Source: Eledone cirrhosa (taxonomy: Eukaryota). Taken from it: 64,000 nt of DNA. Every line of letters starts with the position of its first letter. Within the stretch, counting starts at the first letter, position 1. The DNA lies in NCBI GenBank assembly GCA_964016885.1, contig OZ024744.1:79546001-79610000 (forward strand), written 5' to 3'. The notes under the pieces are model-generated. The model saw only the letters and a program-made list of their open reading frames with translations. It had not been told where the DNA came from and searched no databases. Below are positions 1 through 14,414 of the stretch, one piece after another. The translations under genes and the position numbers were made by a program.

Positions 1-1454
1 AACTACAGTCTTATATATAGATTTCAAAATATTTAATTGTTAAACATTAGACAATCTTGAACTCTTTGCATGCTCCAACTAAAGCAAAAGGTTTCCTCCT
101 GTTACTGTTCATTGTATATCCAACAGTTTTAATTCATTCACAAATATCAAATATTTAGATTAGTTTCTTTTATGTTAATGTGGAATTCATTCATAGCTTA
201 TGAAGTTTCAGCTTAAAATGAATTTTATTGTAGCTCTTAACTTTGTTGTAATAAGTTTTTTTCTCTGAATTGTTTATACTGCTGTGTATTTCTTTCATTT
301 ATATATATCTATATATATATATACACAGTTCAAGAGTAACCAATCTTAAAGAGAGAGATTGAGATAATAGAGGAGATATGAGAGGAAAGATTGGTGAGTT
401 AGTTAGAAGCCAAAGCGTAAAGGCATGTGCTCAATGTGCAATATGCAGTAGAAAGCAGCTAGGTGGCTGGGTTCATGCAGAGGTTAGGTGCGCAGAGCTG
501 GAAATATTCATTTGTTAAGCAAAACAAGACCACAAATTTCACAAGGAAGACATTATTAAAAGATTGTCAACATATTTAGTTTGATGTAAGGAATGTAGAG
601 AATAATAATAATAATAATGCCCATTTACAATTGTTTCGCTACTCCGTATAATATTTCTGGATCAGATGACTGTATCATAATTGATCTGGTTCAGTTGAAA
701 ATAATTAACATATTTAAAAAAACATCGAAATGTCCCCAGATATATGCAGGTGCTCGGAGGACCTCCTTAGCAGAATCAGCGAATGCAACCTGTCTTGGGA
801 CCTAACAGGCTGTACAATAGGTAGCATGGATGTAGTGTTATTGCTTGTTGTTCATTCGTTTGTCAAAATTGTTTTGTCACGCATTCTGTAACTTCCTCAA
901 TGGCTATCTCTTATACACACACATAATGGCCACAACTTGATTTCGAGTAATGTCATCGCTTGATACTTAAGCACGAGCATCATGGATGCTTTTTTGTCCT
1001 GCCAGGGACTTGCCTATGGCCAGCAATACCATGCATCACAAAAATTGTCAGATATCAAGCGTTGCCTGTGCTTAAAGCTTTTTTAAGTGAGGAAAGGCTT
1101 TGCACGGAGCCAATCCCACTCTCTGAACATTGAATGCATTTGCCCCAAAAGAAGAACTGGTCTACATCATTAGATGTAAACAAAGTCACAGGTTTTATAT
1201 CAGTGACCTTCTCCTAGAGAGGTCTTAATAAAGACTGGGAGTCTCTCGCTCCACAAAAAAAAAACTTTATTGGATTCTGCTGAGTTCCTCCACTCTTTGA
1301 CGGGTTTTGTATTTCATCCCGCAGGGTGTCCAAATTCACCCTCTTCTCCAAGCTAGTTTGGTGGGGTTGTTGGTTTAGTTGCCGACAATCCGACCATGCA
1401 CAGGTTGTACTGGGTTACATGTTACCAATAACGTTGAAGATCAACCTGACAACT

Positions 1455-1487
<33 letters not shown>

Positions 1488-2037
1488 ATAGGAATTTAGA
1501 TCGATACAATATTATAAGCATATAAATATATATGTGTGTGTGAATTTTATTAAACTACCATAAAATATTGTTTATTCATAACAGCTGTTTCACAGCATAC
1601 AGTTAGTTTTAGGTGAAATGCCATTTTTAAAAATCACAGGCTTCACATGAAAGGGCAGGGAAGAAAGAAAGTGAAGTCAAAGCATGACTAAAGGGAAGAA
1701 ATATGTTACATATGTATATATATGTGTGTGTATGTGTAGATATATATATATATATTTATATGTGTATGTATGGAGAAATGTGTGTATTTATACGTCAATA
1801 TTGAGTACGTGTGTGTTTGTGTGCCATATGTGAGCGAAAGGTCGCATGTTATATGTGTGTATTTGCATTTCCATGTAGACGCACATATAACGTATATATG
1901 CGTGAGTTTGTGTATGTTTATGTATTTGGATATTTATATATTTTTTCCCCTCAATTTATGCCCGTTATTTTATTTCAGCCTCACTTTCATTTATCCTAAA
2001 CTCTGTTTTCAAATCTATATCCCATTCAATAATAAAA

Positions 2038-2095
2038 TTATTCTGATGAATGAAGACAGACATAAGTGTCAAGCTCTTCAAGAAACTATTGGTAA
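2038..2095 (+). ncRNA. Minimal hammerhead ribozyme motif
   Basis: TTATT-CTGATGA-a-TGAAGA-(18 nt)-TCTTCA-a-GAAA-CTA-TT-GGTAA. Stem II 6 bp; stem I 5 bp with 2 G-U pairs. Confidence 0.65.
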
Positions 2096-2865
2096 ATGAA
2101 TTATCTTATGTTGTTTATTACATAACTATATCTATATGCATATATATATTTGCGTATAATACCAAAATGCACACCACATGTGCCAGCAGAAAACCGCGCG
2201 ATGGGCGGTTTTTCTGCTAATATGTTATACTTCTGGATTACTTTGATATTTTGCCTCAGAAAGCTGTTTGCAAAATATACACAATTACATGTTTGTTCAC
2301 ATGCATATATAAAATATATACAGTTACAATGAAAATAAGAGAATGATAAATAAATTTTTCATTATTTTTCTTATTTGACAAATTTTTTCCTTTAACCCAT
2401 TTAGCATTTCCATTACTCTAATATATACTATTGTATTTTCATGGTAAAGGCTTTATCTCACATAATTATATCACATAATATTGAATCCGTGAGATATTTA
2501 TATTATTTATTTTGAGAACAATACAATATCAGTATGAGCAGCTGGTTATGGCCAGTTACAGCTGCTTTGAGCAGAAAGAGGTGAAAGAATTCTGGCCGGA
2601 TACGGAGGTAAATACTAAAGGGTTAAAATTTGAAAGAATATTCATAGTATTTATATCTGTTGTGTGCTAAAATATTTTTTAAATAATGAAGGGTATAAAA
2701 AAGATTAATGATATACCTTTAATTCTGAAAAAATACTGTGATAAAAATAAGGGAACGGAAATATAATCTTTAATGTTAATATATATAAGACTGATTAAAA
2801 AATCCAGTACAGTGTGGTAGAAATAACAAGTGAAACACAGAAATATTTTACCCAATATATTTTAA

Positions 2866-2901
2866 CATGATATTTCAGAGCTATGACCCTCTTTTCAAAT
2901 G
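2866..2901 (-). ncRNA. Minimal hammerhead motif, U3-A8 core variant
   Basis: Minus strand: CAT-TTGAAAA-g-AGGG-TCATAG-CTCT-GAAA-TA-TC-ATG. Confidence 0.55.
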
Positions 2902-2922
2902 AGAAACGGAAATATATATATA

Positions 2923-3262
2923 TGGGAGGCACATGGTTTAGTGGTTAGAGCATTGGCCTTGCAATCGAAAGGTTGTGAGTTCAATTCTCTGACCGGGTGG
3001 TGTGTTGTTTCCTTGAGCAAGACACTTTATTTCACATTGCTCCAGTTTACTCAGCTGTAGAAATGAGATGGTGGGGTCCATATCATTCCACTGCAAAGTG
3101 ATCGTGGAGGTGCCACGGCAAAAAAGCACCCCGCACTCACTGTAAATGAGGTTGGTGTTAGGAACGCATCCTGCTGTAGAAATCAAGCCATAATCAGTTC
3201 CCGTCGTACCCTTGCAAGCAATGAAAATCGGACGTAAAATGAAATGATAAATGAATGATGAT
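2923..3262 (+). mobile_element. tRNA-derived SINE with RTE-type 3' tail (near-identical copy about 61307-61633)
   Basis: A box TGGTTTAGTGG and B box GTTCAATTC; shared core ccttgagcaagacactttatt; tail shares ggttggtgttaggaagggcatcc with the RTE 3' UTRs. Confidence 0.8.
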
Positions 3263-3427
3263 ACGGCAACACTCATCTTTTTCCATTTCTCCGAGGGTTA
3301 TAAACCCCACTATCAGGCTAGAAATTTCTTTAGTCTAAAATACGGTGAAAGCTTATAATTTCTAATTTCAAACTCGCGCACCGTTTCAAAAACATACTTA
3401 CATGTTTACATTTATAATTTGCTTGTT

Positions 3428-3460
<33 letters not shown>

Positions 3461-4527
3461 ATCCCAGGTTCAATCGGGGGTAACCACAGTAAGTAAGGTA
3501 CTCAATACATAGCAGAGTATACATTTTAAATATAGCAATGGCTTCTACAGAACTGTTTTATTTAAAGGAAATCATCAGGGCTTTCCTGATGATTTCCTTT
3601 GAATGAAACAGTTCTAGTCCTGTAAAAGTCATTTATATATATATATATATATATATATGATGATGATATATATATATGTATACATTACACAGAGATACAA
3701 ACTTGTTGTGGACACAGAGCTGACAGAGGAGATTGATCTGTGGTGATATTGAATAGATGAGGATGATAGAGTGAGATATATCGGTGAAAGGTTTTATAGC
3801 TGTACGAGGGATTAGTGCAGTTAATAATTAATTGTTTCTACATTAGGCACAAGGCCAGCAATTACCCAGTGCATTACTGGTACTTTATTTTATCGACCCC
3901 GTAAGGATGAAAGGTAAAGTCAACCTCGGCGGGATTTGAACTCAGATTGTAAAGGGACGTAACTATGCTAGAAAGCATGGCGTTAATAATTAATGTTAGT
4001 TGTGGTGATTTGTAAAGTAAAATAATCTTGTAAATCTTAAGTGGTTAACTTTGCTTTTCATCCTTTCACTGTCGATAAAATAAAGTACCAGAAATGTACT
4101 GGGTAATTGCTGGCCTTGTGCTCAAAGTAGAAACAGTTATTTTATATATACATAACGAAATTTATTAGGTGTAAAAAAAAATTCTTTATAACAAGATCGA
4201 CCAAAACAAATTGAGTGTTTGTTTCTTATTACTTCAGGAATTGAAAAACATTTTGTTATGCTGAAAAATGTGTTATAATGGTATTCATTATAACAGAATT
4301 TGTTATAACAATTTTACCTGCATATTTATATATAGATATGTTTCTTTATTAGCCGCAGGGGCACAAAAGAAGGAGACAAATACAAAGGGGGAAGTTTACA
4401 TACAATAAAAACGTGTAAAATGCTATCACAAATGTAATTTAAAAATTAATCGATTTTCCCCAATAGGGGGAGGTAGATAGATATATATAGAGGGAGAGTA
4501 ACATACATGTGTGTGTGTGTGTTAGTG

Positions 4528-4876
4528 AAGGCGCATGGCTTAGTAGTTAGAGCATTGGGCTTGCAATCGGAAGGTTGTGAGTTTGATTCCCGGACCAGAT
4601 GATGTGTTGTGTCCTTGAGCAAGTCACTTTATTTCACATTACTCCAGTTTACTCAGCTGTAGAAATGAGTTGTGACATCACTGTTGCCAAGCTGTATCGG
4701 TCATTGCCTTTCCCTTGGACATCATCGGTGGCGTGGTGGGGGAAACTGGTATGCATGGGTGTGACTACTGGTCTTCCACAAACAACTTTGCCCAGACTTC
4801 TGCCTTGGAAGGAAATTCTCTAGGTTCAAGTCCCATGAGTATTCATGGCTGAAGGGGGTCTTTACTCCTTTACCCG
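4528..4876 (+). mobile_element. tRNA-derived SINE, second tail type (inverted copy about 50395-50715)
   Basis: Same head and core as the 2923 SINE with a different 3' half ending gaagggggtctttactcctttacc. Confidence 0.75.
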
Positions 4877-5601
4877 TGTGTGTGCGTTTGTAAACATGGG
4901 GTTTGGGTCTTAGGTGATGAAACTCTCATGTCCAAAAAAGATAACTGATCACCACGGCCTCCTTACATTTATTACATTCATCTGTATTTGTTTATTTTAC
5001 TCTTCTCTGTGTTACTCTTTATCTTTATTTGCATGTTTTATTGTTTGTGTAAAATTTTTTCACTCTAAAACGATTGACTGAATATACTAAAAAAAAAAAT
5101 GTTTTTTCTGTTCCTTTCTCTTCTCACTCTATCTTTCTATTTCATTTTTATTTTAATTATTTCGCATTCTATTTTCTGATGAAGGACTATATCAAGCATT
5201 AAACTAATATATTTCTTCAGTACTCTGTTGTTTGCTTTGTTATTTTTAATTTTTACATACACTCACACACGCATCCCCCTCCCCACATATATACATATTG
5301 TTTCAATCAACAGTTATGTAGAGCAAATATATATTTCACAATTGATGGTATTTGTTGTTAGTGAAACCTACATAAAATGAATAAACTGATATCCTTAGTT
5401 CATCTCTCTCCCTCTCCTTAATTTCCCTCCATAAACCCTCCTCTCACTCCTCCTCCGAGTTCCTGTTCTCCTCCTGTTCTCTCTAACTGAACTTTCCTGA
5501 TGAAGGACTTCTGTACAAAACGTTCAAACCTCCTCCACTTCCACCATATGTGAACTTACAATTGCCTCCTGTGTTTTGTTTGTTCAATTTTCAACTATAT
5601 A

Positions 5602-5632
<31 letters not shown>

Positions 5633-5897
5633 GTATGTGTATTCCGAACTGAGTTCGGATCTAGCTGTTGAAACGGCAGGAGGTCAGCCATCGGGGTCCC
5701 GAATTTTTCATATAACCACTCTGCCACCCCGAGTATCAAGAATTCTGGTGAGTAATGGTCTAACTGGTTTTTACAGCCTCCATTCTGATTTATATGTACG
5801 TCAAAACTCATCTTTTTCCATTTCTTAGAGGGTTCTAAACCCCACTACCAGACTAAAATTTCTTTAGTCAAAAAATACGGCAAAATTCTTCTATTTC

Positions 5898-5959
<62 letters not shown>

Positions 5960-5992
5960 GAAATAGAAGAATTTTGGCGTATTTTTAATTAA

Positions 5993-6026
<34 letters not shown>

Positions 6027-6274
6027 TAAATAAAATGTATGTGTGGTGGGTGTATTTGAGTGTATTAATATAATTTACTCACCCCTGTGTAAGTATTTTC
6101 AAATTTAAAAAAAAATTAATTTTTTTGTGTTTTCTGACTTTTCTTAAAAATAAATTCTTACTAAATATTTACATTGTCTCTGTTTCAGTTTTAATCCTTC
6201 AGCTTTGATGGACGTTTATATACTACATACATATTGCACTAACTATACATAGGCACACGCAAGCTGCATACATC

Positions 6275-6682
6275 TCCTTCTTCGCCCACTTATTCCTGAA
6301 AGGGTTGTGGGGGGGGGGGGAGAAGAGTCCTTCTCAATCACTCCTTCCAGCTGGTGCTGTCAGAAGCAACCATCCCCAACTGATCCGGCTGGATCCCTAA
6401 GCGAGATTAGCCAAGCTCATGGATGTTATTCAACCATCTTGCTCGGGGTCTACCCCTGGGTCTCCTGCTGGTTGCTTTTTGCCCGTAAAATCTATCCAGT
6501 GATTCTTACCTGAGACATTTAACCACATGCTCGTAATATCGGAGTTGTGATCTCTCAATTCGAAGAAGTAGCGGCTCTACCTGGAGAGACTCTCTGGTCT
6601 CTGAGCTACGCACTTTATCGAGTAACGTTACTCCACTGACCTTTCGGAGGAATCTCATTTCTGCCACTTCTATTCGCGATTG
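6275..6682 (-). mobile_element. 3' fragment of a different RTE-like LINE
   Basis: RIEVAEMRFLRKVSGVTLLDKVRS...QLRYYEHV in ORF 6506-6838. Confidence 0.75.
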
Positions 6683-6714
6683 AATTTGCATGCATATACT
6701 ACATATTATTATGC

Positions 6715-9700
6715 ACATACACACATTACACACACACACACTACATACATATGCTACACAACACTCACACATTACACACACACTACATACATATGCTACA
6801 CAACACTCACACATTACACTCACACACACTACATACATATACTACACAACACTCACACATTACACACACTACATACATATACTACACAACACTCACACAT
6901 TACACTCACACACACTACATACATATGCTACACAACACTCACACACACTACATACATATACTACACAACACTCACACATTACACTCACACACACTACATA
7001 CATATACTACACAGCACTCACACATTACACACACTACATACATATACTACACAACACTCACACATTACACTCACACACACTACATACATATGCTACACAA
7101 CACTCACACATTACACACACACTACATACATATGCTACACAACACTCACACATTACACACACACTACATACATATACTACACAACACTCACACATTACAC
7201 TCACACACACTACATACATATACTACACAACACTCACACATTACACACACACATACACTACATACATATACTACACAACACTCACACATTACACACACAC
7301 ACACACTACATACATATGCTACACAACACTCACACATTACACTCACACACACTACATACATATACTACACAACACTCACACATTACACTCACACACACTA
7401 CATACATATACTACACAACACTCACACATTACACACACACATACACTACATACATATACTACACAATACTCACACATTACACACACACACACTACATACA
7501 TATACTACACAACACTCACACATTACACACACACACACTACATACATATACTACACAACACTCACACATTACACACACACACACTACATACATATACTAC
7601 ACAACACTCACACATTACACACACACACTACATACATATACTACACAACACTCACATTACACTCACACACACTACATACATATACTACACAACACTCACA
7701 CATTACACACACTACATACATATACTACACAACACTCACACATTACACTCACACACACTACATACATATGCTACACAACACTCACACATTACACACACAC
7801 TACATACATATGCTACACAACACTCACACACACTACATACATATACTACACAACACTCACACACACTACATACATATACTACACAACACACATTACACAC
7901 ACTACATACATATACTACACAACACTCACACATTACACTCACACACTACATACATATGCTACACAACACTCACACATTACACTCACACACACTACATACA
8001 TATACTACACAACACTCACACATTACACACACTACATACATATACTACACAACACTCACACATTACACTCACGCACACTACATACATATGCTACACAACA
8101 CTCACACATTACACACACACTACATACATATGCTACACAACACTCACACATTACACTCACACACACTACATACATATGCTACACAACACTCACACATTAC
8201 ACACACACTACATACATATACTACACAACACTCACACATTACACTCACACATATACTACACAACACTCACACATTACACACACTACATACATATACTACA
8301 CAACACTCACACATTACACTCACACACACTACATACATATACTACACAACACTCACACATTACACTCACACACACTACATACATATACTACACAACACTC
8401 ACACATTACACTCACACACACTACATACATATGCTACACAACACTCACACATTACACACACACTACATACATATACTACACAACACTCACACATTACACT
8501 CACACACACTACATACATATGCTACACAACACTCACACATTACACACACACTACATACATATGCTACACAACACTCACACATTACACACACTACATACAT
8601 ATACTACACAACACTCACACATTACACACACACTACATACATATACTACACAACACTCACACATTACACTCACACACACTACATACATATACTACACAAC
8701 ACTCACACATTACACTCACACACACTACATACATATACTACACAACACTCACACATTACACTCACACACACTACATACATATACTACACAACACTCACAC
8801 ATTACACTCACACACACTACATACATATACTACACAACACTCACACATTACACTCACACACACTACATACATATACTACACAACACTCACACATTACACA
8901 CACACACTACATACATATACTACACAACACTCACACATACATACATAGACTACACAAAACTCACACATTACACACACTACATACATATACTACACAACAC
9001 TCACACATTACACACACACACTACATACATATACTACACAACACTCACACATACATACATAGACTACACAAAACTCACATTACACACACTACATACATAT
9101 ACTACACTACACACACTACATACATATACTACACAACACTCACACACACACACACTACATACATATACTACACAACACTCACACATACATACATAGACTA
9201 CACAAAACTCACACATTACACACACTACATACATATACTACACTACACACACTACATACATATACTACACAATACTCACACACACACACACTACATACAT
9301 ATACTACACAACACTCACACATACATACATAGACTACACAAAACTCACACATTACACACACTACATACATATACTACACAACACTCACACATTACACACA
9401 CACACACTACATACATATACTACACAACACTCACACATTACACTCACACACACTACATACATATACTACACAACACTCACACATTACACACACACACACT
9501 ACATACATATACTACACAACACTCACACATTACACACACACACACTACATACATATACTACACAACACTCACACATTACACACACACACACTACATACAT
9601 ATACTACACAACACTCACACATTACACACACACACACTACATACATATACTACACAACACTCACACATTACACACACACACACTACATACATATACTACA

Positions 9701-10520
9701 CAACACTCACACATTACACACACACACACACACATACATACATATACTACACAACACTCGCACATTACACACACACATACATACATATACTACACAACAC
9801 TCACACATTACACACACTACATACATATACTACACAACACACACATTACACACACACATACACTACATACATATACTACACAACACACACGCACTACATA
9901 CATATACTACACAACACTCACACATTACACACACACACATACATACATATACTACACAACACTCACACATTACACTCACTACATACATATACTACACAAC
10001 ACTCACACATTACACACACACATACACTACATACATATACTACACAACACACACACACTACATACATATACTACACAACACTCACACATTACACACACTA
10101 CATACATATACTGCACAACACTCACACATTACACACACACTACATACATATACTACACAACACTCACACATTACACTCACACACACTACATACATATACT
10201 ACACAACACTCACACATTACACACACACACATACATACATATACTACACAACACTCACACATTACACACACTACATACATATACTACACAACACTCACAC
10301 ATTACACACACACATACACTACATACATATACTACACAACACACACACACTACATACATATACTACACAACACTCACACATTACACGCACACACACTACA
10401 TACATATACTACACACATTACACTTACTACACACACACACATACACTACATACATACGCTACACACACATTATGCGCACATCCTACATACACAACACTCA
10501 TACATTACACACTACACACA
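6715..10520. repeat. ~3.8-kb minisatellite, 38-46-bp unit, almost G-free on + strand
   Basis: Unit cacacactacatacatatRctacacaacactcacacatta(cact); explains the long H/T/Y ORFs. Confidence 0.97.
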
Positions 10521-11364
10521 CATTCCATTTCTTGAGAATTGAATGGAATATTGTTGCTGCTGCTGCTACCATAATGGCAGCGGCAGCAACAACAGCAGCA
10601 GCAACATGCCACCAAATAGCTTTAAAAAAAAACCCAAAATCAAACAGGGCTAAAATTCTTAAAAGCAGATTATATCTTATTATATAAGTGTTTGGCAGTA
10701 TCGGTAGAGCGTCTGACGCCATGCTTTGCTGCATAGAGTTACAGCCCTTTATGGTCTGAGTTCAAATTCCGCCAAGGTTAACTTTGCCTTTCGTGCTTAC
10801 AGGGTCGATAAAATAAAGTACCAGTAATGCATTGGGGTGATTGCTGGCCTTGTGCCAAAAGTAGAAACAATTATATATAAATCTATTTATTTATTTACTT
10901 TGTTGTTGTTTTGTGTGAAATATTCTGCACTTATTTTGGTAGAAAGTGTATGAAAAAAAAAGGGTTGGAAATTTTATAACCAACAACCCCTGTATCTATC
11001 TATTTATCAGGGTGGAGAGAGAGAGGTGTTGTACCCAGCAAGTTTTATGAAAGGTGGGTGAATGTGGCGAGAATAGCCCGAGTGAATGGGCCTTCTCTCT
11101 ATATCAGCCTGTAGGTTGAGGAAAAAGAGGAAGAGAGGAAAGGAGTACAAACTCTTCGTACTCCTGGAGATGAGGGTTGCACATTTTTTCGGGGGTATGT
11201 GTTACCCATATGAAATGTCTCCCCCTATTGGGGAAAATAGATTAATTTTTAAATTGCATTTGTGATAGCATTTTACACGTTTTTATTGTATGTAAACTTC
11301 CCCTTTTGTATTTGTCCCCTTCTTTTGTGCCCCTGTGGCTAATAAAGAAACATCTATTTATCTG

Positions 11365-11399
<35 letters not shown>

Positions 11400-11420
11400 A
11401 TGCCATATGTGAGTTCTTTT

Positions 11421-11531
11421 GTATTCTGAGGATTTGATCAGAGGTAAACATTGTATTTAAGGTCGAGTGACGCAACTTCGAGTGATTAGCGGCCTCTGGA
11501 CTCACCTGATCAATGAAACAATTGTTAATAC
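11421..11531 (+). ncRNA. Type I hammerhead ribozyme with long stem II loop
   Basis: GTATT-CTGAGGA-t-TTGATCAG-(64 nt)-CTGATCAA-t-GAAA-CAATTG-TT-AATAC. Stem I 5 bp, stem II 8 bp, palindromic stem III (ACAATTGT). Confidence 0.75.
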
Positions 11532-12256
11532 TTGAAATAAAGCCCCTTGTTGTACAGCCAACCATGTTATTCTTCATTCTTTCATTCTCTATATATATAT
11601 ATAAAATATAGAAGTTTACATACATATAAACTAGACAGAGCCATAGATATATATGTTTTTGGCAACCATTCACGGTGTGGCTCAATGATGAATTAATTAA
11701 TTAAATAATCAACAATCAGAGCAATATATAAGAAAGTAAGTCCATAGAATCATTTGATAAAATATATACAGTATTTCTTCTCCCAATCAGCATAATCAAC
11801 CACATAAAAAATCATTTAAACGAGGCTATAAGTTTAAAATGTACCTATGAAGAAATAATAGATAAATAAATGATAGCTTTTTATCCGCGATTCACAGCCA
11901 CAGAAAATTTACCTAGTATTTCTGATAGCCTGTAGAAATTGACTAGACATATAGTTAACCATACACAATTAGGTTATTTATCTATTATTTCTTCATAGGT
12001 TCATTTTAAACTTATAGCTTTGTTTAAATGATTTTTTATGTGGTTGATTATGCTGATTGGGAGAAGAAATACTGTATATATTTTATCAAATGATTCTATG
12101 GACTTACTTATATATATATATAAGAATATGAGGGGTTTTTTTTTAAATGAAAAAAAAAACAAAAAAAAACTGATGTTCTACATGAGTGAAAGTATAAGGA
12201 AAAAAGATGAAATTGAAAATTCAACTGGAGTCTTTTTCAGAATATTTATTTGTTTC

Positions 12257-12292
12257 CTTTACCGGTTTCACAGTTCTTATACTTTTCAAAAG
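12257..12292 (-). ncRNA. Minimal hammerhead motif, U3-A8 variant (left arm of fold-back)
   Basis: Minus strand: CTT-TTGAAAA-GTA-TAAGAAC-TGT-GAAA-CCGG-TA-AAG. Palindromic CCGG loop; stem II is weak. Confidence 0.55.
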
Positions 12293-12338
12293 TAGAATTG
12301 AGATGGAGGATTTGTGGCTTTTCTCCATCTCAATTCTA

Positions 12339-12374
12339 TTTTTGAAAAGCATAAGAACTGTGAAACCGGTAAAA
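12339..12374 (+). ncRNA. Minimal hammerhead motif, U3-A8 variant (right arm of fold-back)
   Basis: TTT-TTGAAAA-GCA-TAAGAAC-TGT-GAAA-CCGG-TA-AAA. Stem I TTT/AAA covaries with CTT/AAG in the sister copy. Confidence 0.6.
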
Positions 12375-12984
12375 GAAACAAATAAATATTCTTTAAAAGA
12401 CTCTAGTTGCATTTTCGATTTCATCTTTTTTCCTTATATATATATATATATATAACCATTGAGTATAGCATTATTAAAGATGTAGTCCTTCAATGGTACA
12501 ACTTGTTTTTTGGCCTTGTTGAATCCCAGGTCAATGTATAATCATTTATAGTGATTCTGAAGATGTACAATCTATATACTACTAAAACTCTGTGATTGCT
12601 TGCTTCCTTGCTTGTCTGTAATGTAATACAGCCTGAAGGGTGCATAATGGGAAAATACTTTGAAAGGAAGTTGACCCTGAAATAGGAATACAAATTGAAT
12701 AAAACAAGTTTTGCGTAAATTGGAGTACGGGTTTCTGAGATATGAGGTTTTTTCCAGGTATCTTCATAAACAGAGAGAGAGAAAGAGTTAGTGGTTGTGA
12801 GAGAGTAGAGTGAACGAGACATAGAAAGAAGGAGAGGAGACAGAGAAGGAGAATGCAAGCGAGAGAGCTGATGGTGTTGTTGTATATATATATATGTGAG
12901 TGTGTGTATATATATATGTGTGTGTGTCTATGACCAGTGTATATAGATCAGACACCCACATATGTACACACATACACACACACA

Positions 12985-13025
<41 letters not shown>

Positions 13026-14365
13026 ATATATATGTGGATGTCTGTGATCTATATACACTGGTCATAGACACACTCACATATATCATCATCATCTTCGTTT
13101 AACGGCCATCTTCCACTGTAGCATGGGTTATATATATATGTATATACACAGCCACACACATTTATATACATACACCCACATATATATATGGGCCTTCCAG
13201 TTTCATTTCACATTATATACATGTCTGTGTATATTTTAATTATTTAAAGATTATTTTTTAAGTGAACATGATTTTTAAAAAAAAATATTTTGAAGGGAAG
13301 GTGACCCAACGGGTTACGGTTGGTCTAGTATTTAATAATTGTTTCTACTTTAGGCACAAGGCCAGCAATTATCCAGTGCATTACTGGTACTTTATTTTAT
13401 CGACCCCGTAAGGATGAAAGGCAAAGTCAACCTCGGCAGGATTTGAACTCAGATACTGCCAATCCACCTGCTTTGTCATACTCAATGAACAAACATAGTT
13501 ATACATCTACACATACACACGTGTGTGTGTGTGTATCTATTAGGGACTTAGAAAATATATTTTCTATGTTCGCAACAAAATCCCTTCTGATCCTCTTACA
13601 TATCTTTCTTTTCTGACTAATATATGTGGTGTTAACAGCTAATATTTTTCTGAATTTGATTTTTTGTATATGTAGATGTCTAAATATGTTTGAATATCGA
13701 GTATGACAAAGTATTATTCTTGCCATTCTGAGTTCAAATCCCGCCGAGGTTAACTTTGCCTTTCATCCTTACGGCGTCGATAAAATAAAGTACCAGGAAT
13801 GCACTGGGTAATTGCTGGCCTTGTGCCTAACGTAGAAACAATTATTAAATATTGTACATCTTCAGAAGTATAAATGATTATACATATACTGTAAAATGGT
13901 TGTGTAAGTGTCACAACAAAAAGCACCCTGCCCACACTGTAAAGTGGTCATGTAGAAGACACGGTAAAAAGCACCCAGTACTCACTGTAAATGTGATTGG
14001 TGTTCGAAAGGGCTTCCCGGCGTAGAAAGCCAGCCAAAAAACAGTCCTATATGAGCAAGACTGGACACCCGACCCAACTTGCCTCAAATGGGACAAGCCC
14101 GTCTAACCCATATAAGCGTGGAAGATTGATGTTAAATGATGATGATGATGATGATGATGATGATTGACCCGGGATTCAACAAGCCCAAAAGACAAGTTGT
14201 ACCTTTGAAGGACTGCATCTTTAATAATATCATACTCAATGTTTTTCCTCTTTAACTAAAAGGAAATATCATAAGCTTTAGTTGAATGTTATATTGAAAC
14301 ATTTGTAAAACTATTAAATGGTTTTAAAAATCTACATTGTCCTCTCAATTTCTTATATATGTTAT

Positions 14366-14414
<49 letters not shown>

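Noticed and set aside
329-393. Possible first Clock exon (ag...ATGAGAGGAAAGATTG|gtgagt)
   Set aside because: Ends in phase 1; joining to 23142 reads out of frame to a TAG. Could only be UTR, and nothing else supports it.
617-805. Possible C-terminal remnant of an R4/Dong-type non-LTR element next to (TAA)n
   Set aside because: Resemblance (III-LGSV, CLGT) is too weak to call without a search.
2923-2995. tRNA-like sequence with A/B boxes
   Set aside because: Head of a multi-copy SINE; no complete cloverleaf or terminator.
6680-10542. Long His/Thr/Tyr-rich ORFs (752-1263 aa) in three frames
   Set aside because: By-product of a nearly G-free minisatellite lacking stop codons; all frames are open with the same repeat.
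12985-12990. CACGTG E-box (also about 13518)
   Set aside because: Arises at the junction of (CA)n and (TG)n microsatellites; no regulatory support.
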